Assembly: GCA_051362555.1 (NCBI GenBank)
Contig: CM120644.1
Coordinates: forward strand, 16,700,534 to 16,764,533
From: Lingula anatina
Lineage: Eukaryota > Animalia > Brachiopoda
Length of the DNA: 64,000 nucleotides
Direction: 5' to 3'
Positions within the stretch are counted from its first letter, which is position 1. Each line of letters begins with the position of its first letter. The notes under the pieces were generated by a model. It was given only the letters and a program-made list of their open reading frames with translations, was not told the DNA's origin and made no database searches. Made by a program: the position numbers and the translations under genes. Positions 1-14,378 of this stretch are shown one piece after another.

Positions 1-1119
1 AAAAGTACAACAGACTCGCTCAGTTTCATATATTGGTACAAAATGACGCTGGCATAATAGTATCTTTCAGTTAGGATTCTCAGTCAAAAAGTAGAAAAAT
101 AATTAATACCAGTTACTTTCGTAATCGTATAAAAGTAAGCAGGGGTTGACTACAAAATTATTCACACATTTGCTCCCTGTCGTGCACAGTTTGTGTACTG
201 TCTCGCTTTTAGAAACCATTTTCTAATATTATGCCATACTTATTATAAATTGGAAACGACAACTGGCAGTAAGACAGTTAGACCTATTATTTCAAAAAGT
301 GTCGATGGAATGGGAAGCGAACAGAGAATTTTAGCATACAGATTTTCAGATAACCAAACCATTTTTGAAATCTAGCACGCTATCTCACGTTAGAAGTCGC
401 CGAAGACCCAAATTTAAACAAAATTGGTAAAATGCTTTTTACGTTTTGGTGGGACAATATGTTACAAATATAGGGGCCGTGTAGTCATTTGCCTCTGTTT
501 TTTGGCCTTACATGCTAGGTAATGCCTACTTACCCTAGTACCATTCAAGGCTGAAATCTGAGGCAAACGGTCACTATTATTCATACATGTACATATTCAA
601 TATGCATGTACACATTTTGCAATTTAACCCCTAATAACACCAAAATGTTAAGAATCGTATCAATTTCAACTGTTGGATTACAGGCTTTTTTTTCAAATGT
701 CCATACTCAGGATTATTGAAATCCAAAGGTGCATTTCAACTGTTGTAACTTCTCCATGGGGACAAATCTTCGTCTCTTGAATGCACTGGCGACTGAAATA
801 ACATATTCAAAAATGAGAATTTTAGATCGCTTCATCATTTTGTTTCCATACATGCCTTAAAAAGGGTACTTATTCAACGACATCGATTCCGTTTATGGGG
901 TATTCCAAAGATGTCGTTTTAAGTTGGAGAACCGACGAAACAAAATAATTTTTCTAACAATTAAATTACAACGAAAACCATCACGGGTAGAGAGAGCACT
1001 GTACTAAGACTTAAAGAAGCGTACATATTGTATTCAACCAGCAACATGAAGGGGTGACGCTTGGCCTAAGTCCAATTTTTATCAAAGGTATTTTTGAACA
1101 ATATAAAACACTCCTCAAA

Positions 1120-1302
1120 CCCCCTTTACACTGGACGGCGTCCTTTGTGCGACCAAGAATCTGGTCGTAGAAAGGAGGCACAAGCATCGCTGTGGTTAAA
1201 AATGAATGCTCAATGATCGCCCAGTTGTATTAAATTATGTTTTAACTCTCAAATGGGGCCGTACTATCGGACGCAGAAAGGGCTCCGTCCAGTGCAAAGG
1301 GG
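1120..1302. mobile_element. MITE with TIR CCCCTTTACACTGGACGG (second copy 11108-11327)
   Basis: Terminal inverted repeats and shared internal sequence (ggaggcacaagcatcgct...aatgaatgct) in both copies. Confidence 0.75.
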
Positions 1303-3003
1303 ACCTAACGTGCGATTCTTCAGCTGATACATGTATTGGTACAAAATATTGCGATCCAAAGCAAATATCACATTTCATGACAAACGTCAACCCTGCAAAT
1401 TCACCAGACGCCAAACTTTAACAAGTGAGACAATCTTGACGTGGATTCAGGCGCAGGCCACTCAAATCTGATGTCTTTAATGGAAGACGCATCAACGCAT
1501 CCAGTAAGCGTTAGTTAGGAGTCACTGAAAATAAAAGAAGAAATACAGGTTAACGGGACGGTGGGTATACATATATAAGGCTTTGATATAGTAGTAAACA
1601 TATAATCGTTACAAAATCCATTTAAGTTATTTTATACGCGACAATATAGTAGTCTTAGGTTGATTTATTAGTCTAAGGCGTATTCCTTCGTGAGGAATAT
1701 AGTGATGATTACAAATATGCCAACACATACCATTTTACAATAGAATTGAAACGTGTCGTTCTATAGCAGTGCCCTGTATACTAGTAGAGTTACAAAAAGT
1801 TACCAGTGCTCGGATTACGCAAATGTTTACGGTAAAATCTAATAAATGAAAACTTTTGAGTGACGGAAGTAAATTTCGATAAATATTTGAAAGAAGGGTC
1901 TAGTCGGCTGACTAGGATAATTCAACTGAAATTTGTTTGCGGGGACGAAGAAATTAGCCTTGCCTCGTTTCGTTAGTAATGCTGATAATTCCTGAATGAG
2001 AAGATTTACGACCGAAGCTAAGAAAGGGCTACTCGCTCGCTGTGACCCCCCCCCTCCCCCATTCCCCACCCCCAGGTACATGAAAAGAGTGGATGGTTAC
2101 TACCTACTACCACGGCCACAGATTGGTTTTTCATTGGGTACTCACAGATATATAGTGAAATGATAGGACTTTTCTGAATAATATACAGCCCTTGTAGGTA
2201 GCATGATAAAAGTTGATCTTCATATTTCTATGCACTTACATAAATGATTCCGTATTCCGAGCGCTAGTGAATTTAGGTCATCTTTTTTAATCAAATTCTT
2301 TACGCAAGTTTACATTTTAATACAGATTAGAAAATTACAGGGATGGAACGTAAAAGTATTCATGAACACTGAAGATAATGGAGGAATATATCAAGGCTAG
2401 TTCTACACAGAAACATTTGTTTGTTGTCAATTTACTGTAATAAACAGGATATATTTTACACTTGGGAAAACATCGCTATCGTCTAGAATGAAAATAGTGC
2501 CATTAAGGGGGTATAGATGTAGTAACCTATACAGTCGTCGTGTTAAAGTCTAACTCACGCATTCGGTTCCTTTGGACTACTGGATTAAACTCTTCGCTTC
2601 TTCATTGGCAAATTCGGCACCTGTGGATAAATAACAGAAAATAACTTATTGAAGCTTCAAGCTCATTTTCGACTTCAAAGCATTCACACCAATGGCCATT
2701 ATGCCTGAAGTTGGAAATGCACCATTTTGGGGAAGTTTCGTCAGCGCAAAATACAATAGTTATCTAAGTTTAAGTTATGTAGATAATCAAAACAGTACTT
2801 ACAATAGATTGCTGGAGTTTTCGGTGCCAAAATAGCGTTCAATATGTGGAAAATGTAGCAGCGTGGCATATGGGGCTCCTTTTCCCTCCATTTTCTTCTG
2901 ACCTTGGTCCTTTCTGAACACCTCTCACTGAAATGTTCACCTCGATTACATAATAAAGTCAGTTGACCATCTTCCGTTCGGAAGTCTCGATTTAAGATTT
3001 AGT

Positions 3004-3190
3004 CTTGACCACAAGTTTGGCATGATGTACGTCAAGCGTGCTTTCGTCCTCTTCGTATGTCGGTGAGGGTTTGTTGGGAGGTGAATTTTCTGAGGCTCAT
3101 GAGGATTTGGCTGCACTAGAGAAGGATTACGAAGAGGTTGGTGTCGACTCCGTTGAGGCAGAAGGGGAGGACGACGAAGGAGAGGAATAC
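3004..3190 (+). pseudogene. alpha-tubulin C-terminal fragment (frameshifted pseudogene)
   Basis: Translates [16 protein letters not shown][frameshift][45 protein letters not shown], the alpha-tubulin C-terminus ending EEY. There is a +1 frameshift at the HW motif, TCA in place of the stop, and no upstream tubulin sequence. Confidence 0.9.
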
Positions 3191-5735
3191 TCAAGGAGTA
3201 CTCCCACCTAGCATGAAATACTGTAGCCTACTCATTTTTATCAAAATGAAGGTTTTGTTGTCATCGGCGTTGTTTTGTGAGTTTACAAATGGACAATATA
3301 TCTCAAATAAATTTTCACAGATTTTGCTGAAGTATTCAGTTGCTCGGGAGGAATAAAACACTAATGAAAAAACTCAACTGAATATCTGTCATCCCCTTCA
3401 ACGATTTACATTTTTCATTGCGGAATATCTAAGTTCTTGGATTTTTCTCTAGTTTTTCTGAGGTTTTTCGATTGATGGTACAGCATAAAATACTCGCACA
3501 ATGGATTACCTCTTGCATATTTTAATGTTGGCAACTTAGCAAAAATGCTCTGCAGTCTACTGCAGTCCCTTTTAGCGTACTTTGAAGTATGCCCCATACG
3601 CACAGACACAATCGGTCTACGTAGATCGATTTAACTATGTGGTGACTCTCGATGAGTGCAGTCCGCTTAACAGATTTACACACCTCCTCCTGGCATTAAG
3701 CAAAATACAGGAAAGCTGCTGATTATACCAGCACGCTGGAAACAAAACTAGGCATGTGCGACAGTCGTACAGTTAGCTAGAGTCTACACGGAGTTGGGTC
3801 GATTTACGTAGACCAAGAGCGTCAATGTGAATGAGCACTAAGATGTGCACTGCGTACGTCTTTTCTCGCGTCCAGAGCGTATCGCACCGACTGGATACCT
3901 ATTTTTGCAGTCTTCATTTCTATAATATTAGTGTACAGTACATAGTATATTATTCATTGACTTTTGTTTTTATTGTGCTCTTTAGACTACTTTATGTCCT
4001 TTTCTTTTTAATAGTGTATCTGAAATAATAATTCCAAAATAATTCATTATGCACATCTTTATTGCCATCCCCATGACCTTCACATAATTATTTATTACAC
4101 CCGATCTTCATCTTCATGGCGGTTTACAGCATTGTCACAGTGATTTCCTGTGATGTCTCTGGATTTCATTTTAGTTTTTATATCTTAAATGTCACCAGCG
4201 TTAGTGTTATTGCAATCAGGGTAATTATTTAATATTCAGTTAGGTGGACTGAGGTGCACATTTTAAACCACCAGTCACCACCTGGAATTTATACGAATAT
4301 ATATACATTTATAATATAAAAATATGCAATGCAGTTACATATATCTTAGTGTAAGTAGGGCAGTGTAGCGCATGTCGTTAATACAGTGTATATAGTACAG
4401 CTGTAATGGACGTATTCCCAAATCAGTTCGGTGCATGGTATCCTAATGGTTATCCGAGTAATGCAGCAGTTAAACCCAGGTGAGGGACTTTAAAAGCATT
4501 AAGGGAAAGCACACGCGAACGTAATAGATTAAGCAAATAGGGGTGCATTACCACAAACACCATGGATCGACCTACCCTCTTACTGGGCCTCGGTTATTAT
4601 TGTGGACATTTTTTTTGCTGAAGCGATGACTGTCTATTTATCTAGAAGCATCTTTGGTAATATATGTGAAAAATCAATCTGTCGCCCTGGTAGAGGGTAG
4701 GGTCGACCCAACCCTGCGGGTCTTATCGCTGAGTGCAATCAGCTTAACAGATTTATACGCCACCTAGGGACTTCAAGTAGAATACATACGAGCACTTTGG
4801 AAACAAAAGGAGGTGTGTCATTCAATTAAGCTGATTGCACTTAGTGAGAGTCCCCTCGGAGTTGCGTCGATTCACGTAGACCACGTAGATGGTGGCTTAA
4901 TGGGAATGGGGTCTTAATGTCAAATGATTTATTGCCTTTATACCAATTTATCCACTCACTCAGAGAGCTTGTTTTCAACACGTTTACAACCAACAAGCGG
5001 TCAGTCCCGGATAGTGAACAATGTTTATGATCAACATTGTTGTCAGCACTTCCCATTGGGAAACTATATAGTATATAGCAAATTAATCTACGCCAATGCA
5101 ACTCTTCTCTATCCCTACATACCTATCTAAATTGCAAAACGACTTTTTTTTTTTTTTTTTTTTTTTTTGGGGGGGGGGGTATCTGCGAATTTGTCATACG
5201 GTATTTAAAGTGGACCTACATGTTAAATAATTCTTCAGATGAGAAATAGACGAATAAAGTAAATAAAGTAAAAAATAATGACACACCGAGTGACACAAAG
5301 ACCTCGTCTGGAATACTAGATCGGTATTTCCATTAATTTCCTTTTAGAAGCGGCCTTATGGTCCATTACTGTCAAATACGTTTTTAAGAGTGCATTACTT
5401 CTATAGCTTTTGCTTGCCAATAACAATACGCAAAAGCCCTGATAATCTCGCCTTGGACATACCATAATATTACTTATTAGCCGCAAGAACGCATTACCAG
5501 GTAAAATTGGCAATGGGTCTACTCGCAAAGGAAATTACTTCCATGCTCTAGGTCAAAACTGTGTATCGCAACTCTTATAGTTTTATCCCAATTAAATTAG
5601 ATTGCTTTTACCAGGCATACATGAACTTCATATACTTTTTAGGCATAGGCAGTGTATAAACACAAAATTATTGGCTAATAAATCTTTATGGCGTAGACCT
5701 ATAATTTGTGAAGTCTATTATAGCTAGATACTAAC

Positions 5736-6269
5736 CTTTGAACCTCGGCTCGCCAAAGGGTACTCTAGGAACCGCCATATTCTTTGCCGACACGAGTCAC
5801 AGTCACGGGCGCGCTCAGCAACATCCGATGGCGTCACAAGTTCGCCAAACTCAGCGAGGAGTGCTTCGTTCTCATTCTGCTTCATCTCAAACGCAAAGCA
5901 GGACGCTCTGCAACAAGGTGCTAGGAATGTGATGTCGACCTTCCAAAAGTCCAGCTCCGCCAAGATGGCGGGTCCACAGAGGTTATGTGGGAAGTGCAAA
6001 GTCCCCGTGGAATAGAGCCCCAGAATGGCAGGAAAATACGTGGCGTCTCGTTCAAAAAATATGTCATGCTCAACCGGATCGACGTCATCTTCCGTCAGCT
6101 TGCTCAGCCTGGAATTTGGTATGCTAGCTAATGTGCCCCACTTTGATACGAATTTTGTGCCAGATATGTTTATGGTAACCCGATTGTTTGCTGGCAATGG
6201 AGCCTCGGTTGCAGGTGCCGTCTCTTGGGCATCCTCAAGGAATTTTGCCCCATTCGGTAAGGTGTCCAT
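5736..6269 (-). CDS. voltage-gated potassium channel (Kv), first coding exon with T1/BTB tetramerisation domain
   Basis: RVTINISGTKF...L..IPNSRL...IFFERD..YF.AIL..Y.TG.LHFP.NLC......ELDFW.V....LAPCC and the pre-S1 IWRFLEYP.AS.GSK motif. Exon ends at donor AAG|GTTAGT (5736/5735). S1-S6 exons were not recognised in the window. Confidence 0.85.
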
Positions 6270-8017
6270 GTTTTAGGAATGTACCTCTTGCTCCAGTCGG
6301 CTCCCTCCCGATCGATTATACTAGCAGTGTTCTATGCAAAGTTTATATAGCAGTGAATGCCAGCAGACCTTTTTGTGAATCCTTTAATTCCTCTGAGTGT
6401 ACTGTAGCAAATGTAAACGATGATTCCAAATTAGAGAGAATTACTTCATTTCGTTTGCAAAGCAACTTACAATGAAGTCGTAAGAAACAGCTACACATGC
6501 TTCAGCTAAAAATCCCGAATTTTAAGTCGATTATGTACACGGCTTCCACGTAATTTATATAAGAGCACATGATCAATACCCACAATTTGCATCAGTAATG
6601 ATACACCTATATATTAAGTGTGCAGTGTGCGTCAAGGCGATAAATATGTCGGTATTACATTATTCCTGATCCAAATCTTGCTCTCTTTGATTCTGTCAAG
6701 CTGTCTTCGCGTATGTCTTGGCTGAGATGCAATGTAGCCATATATCATTGGCACAAACAAAACCGATTACTGAGTCGACTTTTATCTCGTGTATCGTTCT
6801 TACCACACGACTGCTAAAGCTTTAAATACTTAATCCATGGTCCATGACTACCACAAAAATATCCGTATTTTGATAGACATCAATTATACAGCCGATAGCC
6901 CAAGGACCAATCCCTATTGAAACTATCGGTTTACGTAGATCGATTCAACCTCGCGTGGACTCTTGCTCAGTTTAACAGGTTCACACGCTCCCTCTTGGTT
7001 CCAACGTTCTTGTATAATCACCAATTTCCCTTTATTCTACTCAATGCCAGAAAGGGTGTAAATCTGCTCACTTGATTATATTCAGCGTGAGTCCTCGCAG
7101 AGATGGATCGATCTACGTAGAACTATAGTTTCATTGGGAATGAGCCCGAAGAAAAAGAATCCGTATTTTGGATCCCATCAATTACAGCCAACAGCACAAA
7201 ACGAATATGCTGGAATATGCTGGTAGTTAATCCCCGTTCTAAGTAGTCTCAAATAACGCATTTTATAATTCACTTAAACCGAGCTAGACCATCGATAAAA
7301 CTCTAATTACATTACGCAGCTTGTTGCAACATTGTTGGAAACCTATTAGCACACCGTCGCACTCTTTGGCTCCAAATCCCTTGAGAGAGGCTGAATGAAC
7401 ATCAGTAATATCCTAATGGATCATTCCGTTGTTAGAGCGTTAGTTGTCCCGTAAATAAGCATCAAAGGAAAAGATTCTGGCCACGTGTTATCGTTGCATT
7501 TTGATTATATTTTAATTGCTGTTCAGGTGACTTTTCTCTCTATAATAAAAATGATATGATTTGCCTTGTATATTTACCTTCCGATTAATCATTCGTTAAA
7601 CTTGAACGCAAAGAAATACTTAATTTGTTTATTCATCAACTGGCAGGCAATATGTCGCTTTGCAATTCCTTTCCAGCTGGAATAGACTTAATAAGGGTTT
7701 CAAAGAACTAGTATGTTAATATTTCACTGGAGATATTGATGCAAATGTCATAAGATAACTTTTTTGTCATAGGCCTATCAAATGAAACTGAATAATACTG
7801 CGTTTACTCGTTAGCTGAGGAAATTGTGAAATTCGATAACCGAAATATGTAATTCAAATAAGCTTTACAGTTTAGTAAGTTCACTTAAATGGTTGGAAAA
7901 TCTCATATATTGCTATATACCGTGTATTAGGCCCGGACGCTCCTTTTATGTGCCGTAAAATAAAGTTTTTCTTATCTTTTATCTTTTGTCATTACATATC
8001 TAGTTATGGATTTGATT

Positions 8018-9463
8018 TTAGGCCTTGTCTGATCTTGCAGCCATCTTTAGGAGTTCCACGGTCATTTCAGCGTATCTACTGGCCCGCATGTCGGTCACTC
8101 TATTGGTTCCATAGCTAAGAGTGTAAGCGAAGCGACCACGAAATTTGTGAAAGAAGTGGAGAAAAGGTATAAACATTTTATGTGAGGCTGCAGATATGAC
8201 AATACTCGTGGCATGAACTTCGTCGTTTCTTCCCCCAGGGGGACAAAGCTTGTCGCAGTCCCCAATATTGGAGGTGCCAAATTCAAATTTGCATTCTGGA
8301 TTTGACAACATCTGTTTCTCACTTCCGTCTCCAGCAGTGAAGTAATCCGATATTTTACAATTTTGTGTGACATCTCCACCATCAATCTTGGCGTGGATTG
8401 CATCCGTTGCACGCCTTGCTAGTTCCCAGAACGATTGATAGGTGGCAGTAGTAGAGACGGCCAATGTGACGTCCGTAATGCATATAAAATGCCCAAAAGC
8501 TCTGCTTAACTCGGGTGCCATAAAACGACGCATGTTAACAGCATGAGAGGAAGATATGTTCAAAATGCGTGGCATCTCTCCCGCATTTATAAGACTGGCC
8601 ATGGCGATGGAGGCAGCAGCAACAAGACTACCATGAACAGTCGCCCCACGATCCTTACATTTCGATATTATTCTTTCCGTTTCCGAAATAGTAAATTCCA
8701 GTGATAATGATTTCGTGTAGCTCCCATCTGATGTACTGGTAGAAGATTGCGGGAAACGTTCCATAAACAGGCTTTTACTTGGGAACCAACCTTTATACAT
8801 CATTTTCATCGCACAGAAATAGTCGCGCCAACCAAATGCCATTTTCTCCCTTGGCAACAGTTCTTCCAAAGGAGGTTGAAGCATCAGGACTTCGCTTCCC
8901 TCGGAGGGGCTACCTGTCACGACTTCGTTCAGGATGGAAATCATTCTGTGTAACATGAATAGGAGAGAGGTTCCATCGACGATCGAGTGATGTATTCCAA
9001 ACACGACTATGCTGGTGAACCAACTGTTATCAGCTAGGATGCGTCCTCCTTCTTTTTCTTTTACGCCACCCCTCGCTTTAGGCACGCGCAGAATCTCCAC
9101 GTTCCACAGAGGCCCACTGGTTGCATCAAACTGTTTGCGCATCATTTTTTCGTGCACAGTTGTCCAATTGTCGTCTGACGCTATATCAAAGACCGCGAGG
9201 TCTACACAGGGTTCGTTCATAAGATTGAAATGCCTCTTGCCGTTGTGCCAAACTATGGTCAATTGAAGATGCTGGATATCTGCTTGAAGACGTTCAAGAC
9301 ACAGTCTCCATACTTCATCAGTTACGAACTTTTTTGAATTTATCCACGAAGTAAATGCGACTGTGGCGACATTTCCCTCTTGCAACACAGCAAAATAGTT
9401 TTCGACCCCTCTTAGTGGGCGAAGGATGTTCTTGGGTTTCAAAGAGCAGGTGTTCGAAGCCAT
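8018..9463 (-). CDS. CoA-dependent acyltransferase, condensation/alcohol-acetyltransferase-like fold (481 aa, intronless CDS)
   Basis: N-terminal LRPLRGVENYF, FDATSGPLW, catalytic HHSIVDG, and a second domain with KCKDRGATVHGSL, AVNMRRF, FWELAR and GTSNIG. An acceptor (tttcag) lies just upstream of the ATG, so there is a 5' UTR intron; candidate donor GTAAGT near 10776. Confidence 0.75.
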   Translation of the reverse strand: MASNTCSLKPKNILRPLRGVENYFAVLQEGNVATVAFTSWINSKKFVTDEVWRLCLERLQADIQHLQLTIVWHNGKRHFNLMNEPCVDLAVFDIASDDNWTTVHEKMMRKQFDATSGPLWNVEILRVPKARGGVKEKEGGRILADNSWFTSIVVFGIHHSIVDGTSLLFMLHRMISILNEVVTGSPSEGSEVLMLQPPLEELLPREKMAFGWRDYFCAMKMMYKGWFPSKSLFMERFPQSSTSTSDGSYTKSLSLEFTISETERIISKCKDRGATVHGSLVAAASIAMASLINAGEMPRILNISSSHAVNMRRFMAPELSRAFGHFICITDVTLAVSTTATYQSFWELARRATDAIHAKIDGGDVTQNCKISDYFTAGDGSEKQMLSNPECKFEFGTSNIGDCDKLCPPGGRNDEVHATSIVISAASHKMFIPFLHFFHKFRGRFAYTLSYGTNRVTDMRASRYAEMTVELLKMAARSDKA

Positions 9464-10859
9464 TGTCTTAAAAGTGAACTGAAATTAACAAGATATTGTA
9501 TTTTTCGTTTGTGCTTCATCACAGGCAAGAATGAAATCCAATGACTGTATAACTAAAATAGCTTTATTAGGGATGTGATTGATGCATTTATAATTAAAAT
9601 GTCTTTGGCTATGGGTATCAATCGCTCCTAGACTGATTTTAAACTCTCCTCGGCAAGATTTAAATTTCAATCTCGCCTAAGCAGATTTGAAATCTGCCTG
9701 GAGTTCAATCTTGCCTGAGACATATATATTTCTTTGGTTACGTATAATTTTTATGTGATTTTGGCTCAGTGTTTGCGAATTAAAAACGAACAAATATGTT
9801 ATTTGTTGAATATATTGGTGCGAAAAAAAAACATTTGTGGAACCAAAATTTCACGCATTTTACGTGATATATTCGAATGAAAATCAGAGCAACGTGGTCT
9901 ATTAGTACTGTCATGCTTAAAACAATAGGAACATGAAATTACTGTTCCAAGTCATTAAATTAGCGTTCGAATACATAAACTCTTCACTCCAAGTAACAAA
10001 CAGTTACGTAAACGCTGTCCATTTTCGATGTAATTATGATTTTTTAGAGTTAAAATTTATAAATTGCGCCCATCTTAAAATGTGTACCCCGTGTGTCAAA
10101 ATGCAACGTTAGGCTAGTCTTGTTTAGAGTGCTGTGTTTCAAACCTGTTCCTCAATATATTCATGTTGCCATTGGTCAGAGGATAAAAAATGTTTTTTAT
10201 GGGCTAAAACCTAGTTCTGTGCCAACTGTAGTGTGCACGCAGAATTTCAATAAGTTACTTTTGCAATCCTCACTGTCTAAAGCAACCCGTGCTTCATCCA
10301 AGCAGCATGTCAGATCCAACAATGACATGTCTTTGAAATGGTTAACTTACAAACCCTCTTGACTTATCAGAATATATATTGAATGCAGTACCGTTTACTT
10401 AAACATTTTGTGTTCGAAAACACTACAGCTATTTCCTATCTATTTCAAAAACATGGTAAATGTTAGCAATGTTAGCTTTTTTAATTCCTATTTACTACTT
10501 ATAAAGAACATAAACATTGGTTTTTGAATATATGACTATTTTCAATCTATTCGAAAAAAGATAAGAAATTTCAACGGGTTTTTGTCAAAAATCCTACTCT
10601 GCCCATTGGACCAATTTCCCACAGGTAATACTACAGTAATTCCTATTTTCTATAGGATCCTATTGAATTTCCCATAGAATCCTATAAGATCGTTTAGAAA
10701 ATCATTCCATAGTAAATTTTTGTAGAGAGCTACAATAACGAAGGAAAACAAAAAAGAAATATAGAATACAAACTTACCACGCACTGAGAGCTAAAGACTG
10801 GTATGCGTGACGTCAACAACCTGCATTAGAACGCTCCATGAGTGGTTACATCAAAGTTA

Positions 10860-11074
10860 GACCCCATTCCCAGAGATTAGATCGATCCAAACTAGATCGA
10901 CCTAACTCCCTGGGGGTTCACGCTAAATAGCTGTCAGCCGAGCGGGCACGAAAGTTAATTACCCCCTTACAGCTTGTAGTAGGCGGGACGGACATTTAAG
11001 CCGGATTATCTGACAGTAATCTAGTGAGACTCCCCACGGGGATAGATCGATCTAAAATCTATGGGAATACACCC
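10860..11074. mobile_element. Tourist/Harbinger-type MITE with TTA/TAA TSD
   Basis: tta-GACCCCATTCCCAGAG...ATGGGAATACACCC-tta. Inverted copy at 39455-39668 with a TAA TSD. Degenerate relatives at ~12820-13010, ~27216-27310, ~3590-3820, ~4680-4915 and ~6905-7148. Confidence 0.8.
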
Positions 11075-11778
11075 TTAATTACGCGCAACATAGCACGTCT
11101 CTTGAATCCCCTTTACAATGGACGGTGTCTTTTCTGCGTCCTTTGTGCGACCTTGAAACTGGCATGGCTGTGGTCGTAAAAAGGAGGCACAAGCATCGCT
11201 TTGGTTGCAAAATGAATGCTTAATGATCGGCCAGTTTTCGGCACTTTTTTAAAGTTTTTTTTACTCTCAAACGGGCACGTAGGCCTACTAAGGTACGCAG
11301 AAAGGATGCCATCCAGGGTAAAGGGGGCTTTACATAACAGCGCTACAAACTTTAAGTCCTTTACCAGGTCACAGATGGATTTTCCACTAGATATTTAGAG
11401 AAATGTCTTTGGCTAATTAATGACATGATTCTCTGGTGCTGCGCTGGAATAAAGTGCACATAATTTATCTGCATCCCTGGTATAAAGGAATTGCAAACTT
11501 AACCACTAAAGATTAATTTCCACTTAACAGTCAGCGGCTTAACAGTCAACATATTACCTCCTACCTTAATGATATTATTATACCAATACCCAAACTCTTT
11601 TTTCTGCGATCAGTTTTGGATATGTTTTGAATTCGCATTAATCAAATGTTACAGGCAAAGTACCAGTATTTAAGTTGAATCTCAAAAGATACCGATTTGC
11701 CTTAATGCCATCAGGCATCAATGATTGGTGAAGGTCGTTCAGAGAAGAATTCACTAGTTCAAGGTTTGACTCAGCATT

Positions 11779-11817
<39 letters not shown>

Positions 11818-14378
11818 TTACCGTTAAATATGAATCAAGCGATAAAAACTTAAAATAGTGTCAAGGTGGAGAAATTCCACGACCAGAGGAGTCACGATAT
11901 GCCATTTATTAATTTTTTTCGTTGAATTTAGGATCCCTGCTAAACAATCAATCAACAAACTCATCTAGCGTCCAAATGACTCCAATTAAATATACTTACA
12001 TTTGATCTTAGTACCTCTTTAAGTCTCAACAGCCTGATGTTCTGCTTCATATGATCCACAATTATATCTCTATAAATGTATATGGTACATAAACTCCATA
12101 TAAACCACGATCGTGCTATAGGTGGGAGCTACCGGTACCAGTACATGCAGGTCACTTGATCCGGAACGGACACGGCTGCCCGTGGAGACGAGCAAATGGG
12201 ACAAGTCTTTGACCCATTGACCTTATTTCGCCCTCTTGTTTTCGCCAAAGTTCAAGTGCAACAAAAAGAACAAGCCTATTTTAAAGATTATACTGGATGC
12301 GTAGTTGGGGTAACATAAGTACCATGTTGGCTTAAGATTAATCACGGTTGTTTTTTTTTTTTTTTTTTTTTTTTAGGTTTTTCAGCACATATTTCTTTGA
12401 AATTTGCCCATATCAGCCGAATAACTAAACTGCAGTGTTTACCCTAAGATATATTATGTTAATATTTTAGAAGCAATTGTTGGTAGGATACAACCGTGTG
12501 ACCTTAGACTAGCAACCATCCTTCCGGGTATTTACTCACAAAGGCGTAGGAAACTGTATGGGCTTAGTTGCACCAACGGCACGGACCACTGCTCGAACGT
12601 GACCGTCGTCAAACCCAAGGACAGGTGTCCTTTGCGCAGGTTGACTCTCCCTGTTTGGTGTTTACGCCCGTTGCACCAAGACAAAACATGGCCGTCATAA
12701 AGAATTTTAAATTCAAACTACGCAAAAGTGACGCTTCGTTGGATTACTGTCCAACAGACTATGATGGTATAGATGGACAAATGAGCCCCCGTGATGCCTT
12801 GTGTGAAGCAACTCTTGGAGACCATTCCCACAGTAATTTAGATCGATCTATCACCCTGGGGAGTCTCACTAAATTGCTGTCAGCTAAACTGACTTAAATG
12901 TCTGTCCCGCCTAATAAAAGCTGCAAGGGGGTAATTAACTTTGGTGCGCGCTCGGCTCCCGGAAGCTGAGAGCAATTTAGCGTGAACCCCGAGGGAGTTA
13001 TGTCGATCCAGATGGTGTGGTGTGGTGTGGAGGTAAAACCTTGAAACGCAAACTTATGCTTCCTGTTCCCAAAGTGGATCCCAGGAACGTGGCTATCTTC
13101 TTAACCGAACAAGATAAACTAACATGATGCATATCAGAGTGAAGCTTATTTCAAGAACTATTCATTCCATGTCATAATTCAATTGTGTATTAGTTACTGA
13201 AGGAGATATAACCGCTTAATAAGTTTTTCTAACAGAAAGATTCAAGTAGAACCTCTAACCCATGAGCGAATACATTTTTCGTTAGATCTAAGCTTTGTTT
13301 GCAGAATGTGCCTGGGATTTCATAATACCAGCTTCTTTTCAAAATAAGTGGTGCAGTCATGGTACGGGGCATCGTCGAAGTGGTAATTTTTTAATTGGAA
13401 TATCTTTGGTGATTAAATTCATATCAAGAACTTGTGGCACATTTCTGTTGATGTCAAAGGGGGGTAACCATCTAGCCTTCTAATTGCGTGTATGTGCAGA
13501 GCACTTTTAGTTGTTAGGGTACAAAAACCATGCTAAGAACACCCAAACCTTGAAAAATTTAAGATGGCTGCCAATTTTTATAAAAACATACACTTGGTCT
13601 TGCATATAAAAGGACCTTTTCTTTGTCCATATAAATGGCTCTAGACCAAAATTGGACTATAAAATTGTTTGCAGCATTTCTAATACCTCTTGGGGTTGGG
13701 TATTGGTGCCTTTTGTCGAACACGGCTGCCAAAAACCTGAGAAATATTGCTTTTAAAATGATTGAAATTTTTGAATCATTTTATTTTCATACACAAAAGT
13801 AAGAGGTTTGCTTATTAATTTTTGGAAGGGAGAAAGATTTGAAGGGGCTACCTGAAAACAGAGGGTTAGACTTGACTTATTTTACCACAAAACCACATTG
13901 GATATGTTTTAGCATAATTGATAAATTAATAGTATGTCAATTACCTGTCTGTAATATTGCAACAAAACCACATTCTAGTTGCAGAAAATGATTTCCATAT
14001 AGTCAAGTTTATCTTATACTTGCAAAAGATCAAAATACATATACATGTACTTGCTTTATTGTCTTCACATTAAAATGTAAGACTGCCAAGGCAATACAGT
14101 GATTAAGCAGAGAAACTATAAATCAATGGACAGCAATTGCTTTGGCTTACACAATTATAAAACTTTGCATATTGAAAGCCAGTTTAGGCTAGCATAAATG
14201 TTAGAATTTACATTTAATCACAGATTTGTTAAGGTAGATGACACAGTAAGCTTACAGAATTAATTTTACATTTATGAAAATTGTTGAAATTCTCCAACAT
14301 AACGCATGCAAAGTGTGAACTTTGCCACTCTACATGTTCACAATTTTACACAATAAATCATTTAAACAATATTGTTAA

